Source: a virus
Taxonomy: Duplodnaviria > Caudoviricetes
Virus record (IMG/VR): IMGVR_UViG_3300014208_000013
Span: 1 to 48,288 of that record
Direction: 5' to 3' (one strand)
DNA length: 48,288 nt
Part shown: piece by piece, positions 9,614 to 17,474 of the stretch
Layout: each line of letters begins with the position of its first letter
How positions within the stretch are numbered: the first letter of the stretch is position 1
The notes under the pieces: model-generated
The model's input: the letters and a program-made list of their open reading frames with translations, nothing else
Told to the model about the DNA's origin: nothing
The model's database searches: none
Made by a program: the position numbers and the translations under genes

Positions 9614-10015
9614 TTAGCTATTTTCTAAAATTTCGCCACTTTCGGGCGTTGCGTCTATTTTTGGCGTTTCAATTTCGTTCGTGTCAATACCCGTATCTTT
9701 TTGCATTTTGTAAAGCGTGAATGGATCTGTATTAGCGCGCCAACCGTTTACCTGTAAATGCCAGATAACTAATTTTTTTATTTCTTCATTCATGCTCGCT
9801 TGTTTTTTGTAACAAAAACTTTTTAAGGCACCATGGATTTCTTCAGGCAAAGAAATTAAAATTTTTCTTTCCCTTATTTTTTTCAACTCTTCCAATCTTA
9901 TTTTTGTTTTTTCAATCTCGGCATCATTTTCTAAACTCGGACTGATTTCTTTTTGGATTTCATTTTTCCCATCTTCAATAAATTTTTTAACTTCATCCGG
10001 CGCGAAATTTTCCAT
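9614..10015 (-). CDS. Ribbon-helix-helix (Arc/CopG-like) regulator
   Basis: KILISLPEEIHGALKSFCYKKQASMNEEIKKLV fits the RHH pattern; divergent from the early arm. Confidence 0.65.
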   Translation of the reverse strand: MENFAPDEVKKFIEDGKNEIQKEISPSLENDAEIEKTKIRLEELKKIRERKILISLPEEIHGALKSFCYKKQASMNEEIKKLVIWHLQVNGWRANTDPFTLYKMQKDTGIDTNEIETPKIDATPESGEILENS

Positions 10016-10046
10016 AACTTTTTAAAATTAAAAATTAATAATCATA

Positions 10047-10075
10047 ATTATATATAAAAATAAAAATATAGTCAA
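10047..10075 (-). promoter_or_regulatory. Sigma70-type leftward promoter
   Basis: TTGACT-17 bp-TATAAT. Confidence 0.75.
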
Positions 10076-10103
10076 GTTTTTCCCTCCACTAATATTAGCT
10101 AAA

Positions 10104-10492
10104 TAATGTATGTCCATGATTTTTTCCTAAAACATTACAATAAAAGAATATGCGTTGGACATACATTTTCAGAAAAAAAATGTAAGTCCATAATGTATGT
10201 CCATGATTTTTTCCGCCAACCTTAGCAGTAAAAGCGGTATGCGGAGCTAAAATAGCCACGTAGACACACATTTTTGCCCAGCCGTCCTTATATTATTTAA
10301 CATATCTTTATATATATAAATATATAACACATATATATTATATTATATATATAATATATTATTAATTAATTAATAATAATGTAAGTCTATATGTCCGACA
10401 GACATCTTTTTCTTCTAATGCTAATGGAAAAACGAATAGACAGACATATGTCGGACACACATTATCCACAGAAATGTATGTCCTGTGGATAA
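10104..10492. repeat. Iteron/operator-like array, probable replication origin
   Basis: Exact 24-mer TAATGTATGTCCATGATTTTTTCC at 10104 and 10191; about 10 copies of ATGTNWGTCY in both orientations around an AT-only core; DnaA boxes at 10462-10470 and 10484-10492. Confidence 0.65.
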
Positions 10493-10501
10493 CCCTGTTT
10501 T

Positions 10502-10530
10502 TTGACAATATAATTTATTTATATTATAAT
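10502..10530 (+). promoter_or_regulatory. Consensus sigma70 early promoter 1
   Basis: TTGACA-17 bp-TATAAT. Confidence 0.8.
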
Positions 10531-10572
10531 ATATTTATCTAATATTAGACAAATTATCTAACCTTAATATAC

Positions 10573-10601
10573 TTGACAATACAATCAAAAAAACATATAC
10601 T
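10573..10601 (+). promoter_or_regulatory. Sigma70 early promoter 2
   Basis: TTGACA-17 bp-TATACT. Confidence 0.8.
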
Positions 10602-10714
10602 TAATATATAACTATATACCTATATATTTATATACCTATATATCTATATACAAATATATTTATATACTTATATATCTATATACATATATACTTAATTTAT
10701 ACATATATAATTAT

Positions 10715-10828
10715 ATGAAAAACTATCCCACCATCTCAATCTTCCGCGAAAAACTCCGTGCCAAACAAGAGCGCCGAGCCGTGATTGCCATTATAATCTT
10801 ATTGACAATCGGCTCATTTTTAGGGTAA
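10715..10828 (+). CDS. Small C-terminally anchored membrane protein (37 aa)
   Basis: Hand-translated MKNYPTISIFREKLRAKQERRAVIAIIILLTIGSFLG*. Confidence 0.6.
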   Translation: MKNYPTISIFREKLRAKQERRAVIAIIILLTIGSFLG

Positions 10829-10837
10829 AAAAACACC

Positions 10838-10990
10838 ATGAAAATACACCGCCAGGGCGACTTTATCCGCCTAAAAAACTACATCACAATCCAGCGCGTC
10901 AAGCGCGAAAACCGAACGGGATTTTACATTTTTACCGCAGTAATTTTATTCACTTTATTTGTGGCCGCAGCCATAGCCGCTAATTCATAA
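10838..10990 (+). CDS. Small C-terminally anchored membrane protein (50 aa)
   Basis: Hand-translated MKIHRQGDFIRLKNYITIQRVKRENRTGFYIFTAVILFTLFVAAAIAANS*. Confidence 0.6.
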   Translation: MKIHRQGDFIRLKNYITIQRVKRENRTGFYIFTAVILFTLFVAAAIAANS

Positions 10991-11082
10991 AACAATAAAT
11001 TACTTAATAATAATAATAAATAATCCGGCGCACCTTTTGGTCGCTCATAGCCGCCAAAACTAACCGCCGAAAAACAAATTTT

Positions 11083-11856
11083 ATGAAAGACTTTAAAAAA
11101 ACCATCTCATTCCTTGACGCCGAAGGCCACCGCGCGACAATTACCGCCGAAATTACCCACCGTAATGGCTACCCGGAATTTATCGCGTCCGGGACTTATG
11201 TCGGCCACGCCGGACAATGCCTTGACGAAATTAAACCGACCAATACCGCGCAAAAGCACCTGATTGACTTATGGAAAAATTGGCATTTGAACGGCATGAA
11301 TACCGGAACACCGGAACAAGAGGCGGCTATTAAGGAATGGCAAGCAGTCGGCAATAAATATGATTATAAGGCCATTTGTGAGCATCTGGCGCTTAACAAT
11401 CTTTATGTCGTTGAGCATCCAAAAACCGGAAAGGCGTATAAATACGGTGAAGGCTGGCTAGTCCACGATCTGCCGGAGGGTTTTGATAATGATTTAAAAA
11501 TGACGATTGAACAAATAGAAGCCGCCGAATATTTACGCGAGGCCAAAAAAGAAGAAAAAACCGGAGACGAGCGCATTTTAGAGCTTATGGCCGAGCAAGG
11601 AATTGACGAAAACATGCTTGACGCTTGTCGCGCTTTTTTAAGCGTAACCGGCGCCGATGATTTATCTTATTTTAATGAAAGTTATCAGGGCGAGTTTAAG
11701 GATGATAAAGATTTTGCCCGCGATATGGCCGAGCAATTAGGCAATATAGATAAATACGCAAAATGGCCGCATAATTGCATTGACTGGGAGCATGCCGCGC
11801 GCGAGCTGATGATGGATTACAGCGATCAAGATGGTTTTTATTTTAGAAATTTATAA
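11083..11856 (+). CDS. ardA: ArdA-like antirestriction protein with an extra N-terminal domain
   Basis: Acidic C-terminus SYQGEF..DKDFARD...CIDWEHAARELMMDY...GFYFR matches the ArdA pattern. Confidence 0.7.
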   Translation: MKDFKKTISFLDAEGHRATITAEITHRNGYPEFIASGTYVGHAGQCLDEIKPTNTAQKHLIDLWKNWHLNGMNTGTPEQEAAIKEWQAVGNKYDYKAICEHLALNNLYVVEHPKTGKAYKYGEGWLVHDLPEGFDNDLKMTIEQIEAAEYLREAKKEEKTGDERILELMAEQGIDENMLDACRAFLSVTGADDLSYFNESYQGEFKDDKDFARDMAEQLGNIDKYAKWPHNCIDWEHAARELMMDYSDQDGFYFRNL

Positions 11857-11869
11857 TAACGGTAACTTT

Positions 11870-12235
11870 ATGAAAAAATTTATTATTACAACCGACATTA
11901 AAGAAGAAATAATCGCCAGAGATGAGGAAGAGGCTAAACAAAAGTTTTTTGAGGAAATTGAAAGCGAGCCGCAACAAAATATAAACAGTTTTTTTGAGGA
12001 TCGTATTAGGGTTAGGGCGGAGGCCGCGGCGATTGACAAAAAAGAATCCGACCTTGACGAGGTTTATGCTGATAAATATATTAAAATGATTAAAAAATTA
12101 TTTTCAGAAAATGAAAGCGCCGCGTTATCCAGCATTATTAACAAAGTTTATCAGGACGGCTTTGAGGACGGCGTCAATAATGAAATTGACGCGCGCGAAA
12201 GGGATAACGTCCGCCAAGGGAGGGTTAACGTTTAA
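11870..12235 (+). CDS. Hypothetical acidic early protein
   Basis: ORF with AT-rich start context at 11870. Confidence 0.65.
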   Translation: MKKFIITTDIKEEIIARDEEEAKQKFFEEIESEPQQNINSFFEDRIRVRAEAAAIDKKESDLDEVYADKYIKMIKKLFSENESAALSSIINKVYQDGFEDGVNNEIDARERDNVRQGRVNV

Positions 12236-12239
12236 CTAT

Positions 12240-12443
12240 ATGGAAAAAATATTATTCAACCTAGCTCTTATTGATACCCTTAATTTTTGTAAAGCAAACA
12301 GCATTGACCCGTCGGGATCTCACCTTGTAAAATATCCCCGGCGCTGGACTTACGCGCTATGCCGCGATACTGACGGCCAAGCCATTGTAACCGTAACTTT
12401 TTACCCAAACCAGGCGCCTACGCACTTTATACACAAGCATTAA
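12240..12443 (+). CDS. Hypothetical early protein
   Basis: Likely start MEKILF at 12240, just after the upstream stop. Confidence 0.6.
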   Translation: MEKILFNLALIDTLNFCKANSIDPSGSHLVKYPRRWTYALCRDTDGQAIVTVTFYPNQAPTHFIHKH

Positions 12444-12500
12444 ACTCTTATGCCTTGCCGGAATCGTTAAGACTCCGGCAATGATAAGCGCTTAATTATT

Positions 12501-12857
12501 ATGAGAATCTGGAAAATAAAACCATCTTTTCTGTGCCGCAATCACCTTTTAGGCGAGCACAGGGAAATACACTGCGTTCACGTATTTATCACTACGCCAA
12601 AAGGTGGCTCATATAAAAAACATCCCGAAGTTTTGCAATGGATGCGCCATATTCCCGCCCTAAAACGCCGTCATGACGCTATAGCGAACGAAATAACCGC
12701 TAGGGGTTATAATCACGCATCCCCGTTTCCATTTTTTCCGGCTCTATATCCTCTTGATCCGCCGGAAATATTATCCATCCCCGGCCAAATTGACCGCCTA
12801 CAATTTAAAGGTTGTAATTGTAATATTGGCGCCATGCGCGAGTATTACGATATATAG
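12501..12857 (+). CDS. Pyrimidine-dimer DNA glycosylase / endonuclease V (DenV-like) family
   Basis: MRIW...LCRNHLLGEHREIH...HP...EITARGYNH motif. Confidence 0.8.
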   Translation: MRIWKIKPSFLCRNHLLGEHREIHCVHVFITTPKGGSYKKHPEVLQWMRHIPALKRRHDAIANEITARGYNHASPFPFFPALYPLDPPEILSIPGQIDRLQFKGCNCNIGAMREYYDI

Positions 12858-12888
12858 TTTTTACTTATTGCCCGCACTTTGACAATTT

Positions 12889-13785
12889 ATGAATTACACA
12901 ATAAAGCAGAAAAGCGTTATTTTTGAGCTGCCATTATCTGATTATCTAAGCAAGCGGTATTTCAGGAAGTTTAATCCCGAAACAAAAACACGGGGCGAGC
13001 AACAAGAAAAATGGATTAAGTCATTGCAGGAATATGAGGAAGATTTATTTGAGCGTATCAGCGACTTTTGGCAGGAAGCCAAGGACGCGTTAGAAAAAGA
13101 ATATATCAACCGCCAAGAAGCTATTGACTACTTAAAAACCTTGCCGGAAAAATATACTGATAAAGAGATTGCCTTATTTTCCGAGGATCTGGATAATTCC
13201 ATTATTCGCGCGGCTGAAAATGCAAGGAACCAAAGCTGTCAAGACGAATGGCTAACCAAATTTAGGCGGCTGACGCAGGAAAGAATTGACGCCGATTTAT
13301 CGGACGCGCTAGACGGAATAAAATATAATCTCATTGATCGGATAAACGATAAGGATTATTTTAATACGCGCGCCGAAGCCGACCACTTGCGGCTGGAAAT
13401 TTCCAAGGCGGAAATAAAAAAATGGCTGGCCAATAATGTGACAGATACTGACGCCAATAATATCGGATATTTTGCCGATTATGCACTGGACTTTGACCGC
13501 AAGCCGATTGACATTGATTATATTGACCATTATAGCACGATGGGTGATTATGACGAGTGGCTAAGCCTTTTTAAGCATTATAAAGAGGTAGCCGGCCAGA
13601 TTGACGACTACCGAAAGACGGAGGCGGCGAAGATTAATAACTATAGCGCTTTGCTTGAATTTTACGCCGGACAGGTTAAGCCATTAAAGGACTACTTGAA
13701 TAAATATCATAAGGATATTGAATTTAAAAAGTCCATCAATCGCAACCTGGACAGCGTAAAAGCGATTATTGTAAAAAAAATATAA
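12889..13785 (+). CDS. Hypothetical acidic helical protein
   Basis: 298-aa ORF, no recognised motif. Confidence 0.75.
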   Translation: MNYTIKQKSVIFELPLSDYLSKRYFRKFNPETKTRGEQQEKWIKSLQEYEEDLFERISDFWQEAKDALEKEYINRQEAIDYLKTLPEKYTDKEIALFSEDLDNSIIRAAENARNQSCQDEWLTKFRRLTQERIDADLSDALDGIKYNLIDRINDKDYFNTRAEADHLRLEISKAEIKKWLANNVTDTDANNIGYFADYALDFDRKPIDIDYIDHYSTMGDYDEWLSLFKHYKEVAGQIDDYRKTEAAKINNYSALLEFYAGQVKPLKDYLNKYHKDIEFKKSINRNLDSVKAIIVKKI

Positions 13786-13821
13786 CACCTTAAACCCCGG
13801 CAACTAAAAACGCCGGGCAAC

Positions 13822-13860
13822 AAAGAACCAACATTTAAGCGGGCAATGTTGGTTTTTTTG
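13822..13860 (+). terminator. Intrinsic terminator ending the early operon
   Basis: AACCAACATT-loop-AATGTTGGTT followed by a T tract. Confidence 0.7.
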
Positions 13861-14000
13861 TTGGCCAAAAAATATCGCCGATTTAATCAACTAAAGTTGG
13901 GCGAAGGTTTTGACAAAATAACCAAAAATAATAAATCGCAAATCAACGACATAGAGTGGTCCGAGTGATACAATGGTGGCCTTTTCATTTTTAGAATAAC

Positions 14001-14066
14001 TGTGGATAAACCCATTTTTTATTTATTATTAGCATGTTTGAACTAAGCTGATTTTTGTGCTATTAT
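14001..14066 (+). promoter_or_regulatory. DnaA box plus sigma70 promoter of the second operon
   Basis: TGTGGATAA at 14001; TTGAAC (14038)-17 bp-TATTAT with extended TG. Confidence 0.6.
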
Positions 14067-14125
14067 AGAATAATTGATAAACTATTCAAAATTTTATGCG
14101 GGTCGGAAAAAGTATTAAATTAAGT

Positions 14126-14228
14126 AAAACCGCCATAACGCAAAAAAGAGGATTTCAGGCGAGCGATCGCCGGAACGGGATTAATACACCCGCGACCTTG
14201 CTCTTTTAGCCTTGTGGCGGTTTTTTTT
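14126..14228 (+). terminator. Attenuator-like structure in the 5' leader
   Basis: AAAACCGCCATA / TGTGGCGGTTTT stem enclosing two hairpins, followed by T8. Confidence 0.5.
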
Positions 14229-14235
14229 AATTAAT

Positions 14236-14418
14236 ATGCAAAAGACAACCCATCAAGAATATAAAAACTCTCTGCGCCTCTGGCGGCCGAGGTTTGGTTG
14301 TCCGGATGCTATTAAGGTTTTTGAGTTGATGAAAAAAATGCGCGGCAGATCATTAACGCCGGAAGAAAGAAGAAAAATTAAGAGGCAAATAATTAAAATA
14401 GTTGATAATTACGTTTAG
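14236..14418 (+). CDS. Small basic hypothetical protein
   Basis: Likely start MQKTT at 14236. Confidence 0.55.
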   Translation: MQKTTHQEYKNSLRLWRPRFGCPDAIKVFELMKKMRGRSLTPEERRKIKRQIIKIVDNYV

Positions 14419-14420
14419 GC

Positions 14421-14602
14421 TATGGCTGGCGCTTCGGGTTCTGGAGTATTTTGGAACATAAAATACAGGAACCAAGCGCTGGCCGTAATAACCAACTAAC
14501 TCCGAGCAGTCAGCAGGATAATTATTCCATAATAGGGGAGGGCTTTTTTTACCATTGTAAGCTCTCCGTTCGGTTTAAAAACCGCAGACCTATTGGTTAT
14601 CC
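14421..14602 (+). ncRNA. Putative structured intergenic RNA (long hairpin plus three-way junction)
   Basis: Stems paired by eye with G-U pairs on the plus strand. Confidence 0.45.
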
Positions 14603-14625
14603 CTATTAATGAGTAATAAAATAAT

Positions 14626-14748
14626 ATGCGATTAAGAACTAAATTATTTTATAAATTATCCCATAGATTTATTAACATTGAAATCCTGCACGCTTTTATT
14701 GATTGGATTAGATTTAATATTCTGTGGAATAACGAAATAGAAGAATAA
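14626..14748 (+). CDS. Small hypothetical protein (40 aa)
   Basis: Hand-translated MRLRTKLFYKLSHRF...EIEE*. Confidence 0.5.
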   Translation: MRLRTKLFYKLSHRFINIEILHAFIDWIRFNILWNNEIEE

Positions 14749-14752
14749 TAAT

Positions 14753-14914
14753 ATGCCAAACGTAGATAAGCCTGGGACAACTCAATTTTGCCTAGCTTGC
14801 GAAAACGAAGCAAGAGGATTATTTGTTTCTTTTAAACACACTTGCGGAATAGAATATAAATGGGACATTCCTAAAATTAGAAATGCGGCTTTAAAAGTTC
14901 TTAAGAATGAATAA
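14753..14914 (+). CDS. Small Zn-binding hypothetical protein (53 aa)
   Basis: CLAC...HTC motif. Confidence 0.55.
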   Translation: MPNVDKPGTTQFCLACENEARGLFVSFKHTCGIEYKWDIPKIRNAALKVLKNE

Positions 14915-14968
14915 GAGTGCGAAAAATATAATTTTTGCAATAAATGCGGAGTTAATCCTTGTGAATGT

Positions 14969-15181
14969 ATGCCAAAAGAATGGGAAAAAAGATGGAGTGA
15001 ATATATTATAAAATTTATTCAAACCGAAACCGCCAAGGAAGTTCTTAAAGCCTTTATCTCCCAAACCATCCGTTCAGAAATAGAGAGATGTGTTAAATTT
15101 ATTGCTGACGCAAATAGGGAAACATCTGAATTTGTAGAAATAGGTGGCGATGAATGGCTTAATGAAAATTACCCCAAATAA
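14969..15181 (+). CDS. Hypothetical protein, possibly 5'-frameshifted
   Basis: The ORF is preceded in frame by ECEKYNFCNKCGVNPCEC, which lacks its own in-frame ATG. Confidence 0.5.
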   Translation: MPKEWEKRWSEYIIKFIQTETAKEVLKAFISQTIRSEIERCVKFIADANRETSEFVEIGGDEWLNENYPK

Positions 15182-15206
15182 CTAACCGCCATAAGGCAAA
15201 AGGTGT

Positions 15207-15371
15207 ATGAAAGAAAAACAATTGTATGCTAAAAAAGGCAAATGGTCAAAATATTTTGATACTAATCCTTTTATAGAATTTAGATGCTGTAAGTGCGGGA
15301 TTGTTCATTTATTACAAATAAAAGTTGACTTTAAAAGAGAAACCTTTTTAATTAGATGTAAAATTAAATAA
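15207..15371 (+). CDS. Small Cys-containing protein (54 aa)
   Basis: Hand-translated ...FRCCKCGIVH.... Confidence 0.6.
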   Translation: MKEKQLYAKKGKWSKYFDTNPFIEFRCCKCGIVHLLQIKVDFKRETFLIRCKIK

Positions 15372-15399
15372 CTAACCGCCGTATATACGGAAAAACTTT

Positions 15400-15744
15400 A
15401 TGAAATGCAAAAGTTGCGGTCAAGAGATTAAAGGACAAAACTGGATTAAAATCGGAAAACTTGAATGGTTAGAAGAAGAATTTCCGGAAATGAGCTGGTA
15501 TGACGCCGAAAAGAAATGCAAAGAAATGGGAGGCAGACTTCCGACCAGAGTTGAGTTATTGGATTTATATGACAATCATTTTGAAGAAATAGAAAAATTA
15601 AAGGTATACGGCGACAACTTTTGGTCGGCTACTACGCACTCTAACGGTACCACTAACGCCTGGCGGGTGTACCTGGACCACGGCCTCCCGTACAGCCTTG
15701 CTAAGACAGACTCAGTTAACACCAGAGTCCGTTGCGTCCGCTAG
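15400..15744 (+). CDS. DUF1566/C-type-lectin-fold protein, DGR target-like, with N-terminal CxxC
   Basis: MSWYDAEKKC..GGRLPTRVEL...FWSATT...AWRV...G....K......VRCVR. Confidence 0.85.
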   Translation: MKCKSCGQEIKGQNWIKIGKLEWLEEEFPEMSWYDAEKKCKEMGGRLPTRVELLDLYDNHFEEIEKLKVYGDNFWSATTHSNGTTNAWRVYLDHGLPYSLAKTDSVNTRVRCVR

Positions 15745-15806
15745 TCTCCTGGCGACGATTTGATTATTTAACCCCTCCCCCCGGTTATCCGGGTGTGGAA
15801 GAAAAT

Positions 15807-15947
15807 ATGAGATGGTGTAAAAAACATAAATGCAAAATGGAAACTGATACAAACGGTTGGTATTGTTCTGAATGTAGAGAAGAAGAAGGGTATGGTTGTC
15901 AGACTTTTTATGTAAAATATTTTACCTCCTCATCTAAAGAGGGATAA
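15807..15947 (+). CDS. Small Zn-ribbon protein
   Basis: CKKH...YCSEC; start MRWC at 15807. Confidence 0.55.
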   Translation: MRWCKKHKCKMETDTNGWYCSECREEEGYGCQTFYVKYFTSSSKEG

Positions 15948-15953
15948 ATTAAT

Positions 15954-16079
15954 ATGAAATTTAGAAATGTTAACAATTACCTTTCTATAACTTGGCATAA
16001 GAGAGGAATGGTGACAATTTTATACCTTTGTAAATTTAGAGGCTGGAAATGGCAATATTGGTTTTTAAAAAACCTTTAA
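15954..16079 (+). CDS. Small hypothetical protein (41 aa)
   Basis: Hand-translated MKFRNVNNYLSITWHKRG...FLKNL*. Confidence 0.45.
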   Translation: MKFRNVNNYLSITWHKRGMVTILYLCKFRGWKWQYWFLKNL

Positions 16080-16108
16080 CCCCCTCGGTGTAAGCCGGGG
16101 CGAATAAT

Positions 16109-17302
16109 ATGAAAAAAATAATTTCAACTGAAAAAATCCCAATTAAATTATGGCTTTCCGACATAGAGGACGGGGCTTTAAAACAGGCTAAAAACTTAGC
16201 CAACTTGCCTTTCGCGGTTAAACATATAGCCATAATGCCGGACTCCCATCAGGGATACGGAATGCCTATTGGTGGAGTTATGGCAACCAACGGGGTGATA
16301 ATCCCTAATGCGGTAGGCGTTGATATTGGTTGCGGAATGTGTGCTGTTAAAACTTCTTTGACTGCAATAGATAGAGAAAACCTTAAAAAAATAATGGGAG
16401 AAATTAGAAATCAAATTCCTGTTGGGTTTAGTAAGCATAAAGAAATGCAAGATAATGATTTTATGCCTTTTGAAGAAAAAGGGTTATATCCCGAAAATAG
16501 TAATCTAATTATTTATCAAGAATATGAAAATGCGAGAAAGTCTTTAGGAACGCTCGGTGGAGGTAATCATTTTATTGAAATTCAAAAAGGAGACGATGGC
16601 CATATTTGGATAATGATTCACTCCGGTTCAAGAAACTTAGGTAAGCAGGTAGCCGATTATTATAATAAGCTTGCAGTTAAGTTGAATGATAAATGGTTTA
16701 GTGAAGTGCCTAAAAAATGGGAGTTGGCGTTTTTGCCGATAGACAGCGAAGAAGGACAGGCATATATCCGAGAAATGCAATATTGTGTTGATTTTGCTTT
16801 GGCTAACAGGAAATTGATGATGGATAGAATTATACAGATATTCGTTGATGAATTTAAAATTATTTTATATGACGAGAATAAATTTTCCGAGATGATAAAC
16901 ATAGCTCATAACTACGCCCAAATGGAAAATCATTTTGGAGAAAATATTATGGTTCACCGTAAGGGGGCAACGCTGGCGCGTGAAGATACGATTGGAATTA
17001 TCCCCGGAAGCCAGGGAACAAAATCATATATCGTCAAAGGGAAAGGAAACCCGGAAAGTTTTAATTCTTGCTCTCACGGCGCTGGTAGAAAAATGGGAAG
17101 AAAAGACGCTGAACGCCGATTGAATTTAGAGGAAGAAATAAAAAAGCTAGATGACCAAGGAATATTGCACGCTATCCGGGGAAAGGGTGATTTAGATGAA
17201 GCCAGCGGAGCTTATAAAGATATTTCCGTAGTGATGGAAAATCAAAAAGATTTGGTTGACGTTCTAGTAAAATTGCAACCCTTGGCAGTAATTAAGGGTT
17301 AA
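16109..17302 (+). CDS. rtcB: RtcB RNA ligase
   Basis: MPDSHQGYGMPIGG, VGVDIGCGM, GTLGGGNHFIE, HSGSR, HNY, HRKGAT, SCSHGAGR, DEASGAYKDI motifs. Confidence 0.97.
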   Translation: MKKIISTEKIPIKLWLSDIEDGALKQAKNLANLPFAVKHIAIMPDSHQGYGMPIGGVMATNGVIIPNAVGVDIGCGMCAVKTSLTAIDRENLKKIMGEIRNQIPVGFSKHKEMQDNDFMPFEEKGLYPENSNLIIYQEYENARKSLGTLGGGNHFIEIQKGDDGHIWIMIHSGSRNLGKQVADYYNKLAVKLNDKWFSEVPKKWELAFLPIDSEEGQAYIREMQYCVDFALANRKLMMDRIIQIFVDEFKIILYDENKFSEMINIAHNYAQMENHFGENIMVHRKGATLAREDTIGIIPGSQGTKSYIVKGKGNPESFNSCSHGAGRKMGRKDAERRLNLEEEIKKLDDQGILHAIRGKGDLDEASGAYKDISVVMENQKDLVDVLVKLQPLAVIKG

Positions 17303-17313
17303 ATCCCTTAATA

Positions 17314-17384
17314 CAGGGACAGATGTTTTGGTAGCATGCTAGGTTTGGAACCTAGTTGGCAAGGTTCGACTCCTTGGTCCCTGA
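17314..17384 (+). tRNA. tRNA-Pro(UGG), atypical, no encoded CCA
   Basis: Acceptor CAGGGAC/GTCCCTG+A, D stem ATGT/GCAT, anticodon arm CTAGG-TTTGGAA-CCTAG, T arm CAAGG-TTCGACT-CCTTG. Confidence 0.85.
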
Positions 17385-17474
17385 CAAAAAGGAGTGTGAA
17401 ATTAAACCATTAGACCTGATTTATTTTAGCAAATAACCCCCAAAGGCCAGCTTAATGGCCGGTAAGAGAAATAT

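Noticed and set aside
15179-16108. Integron attC sites between small genes
   Set aside because: TAAC is present but there is no matching GTTRRRY end or long attC palindrome, and no integron integrase.
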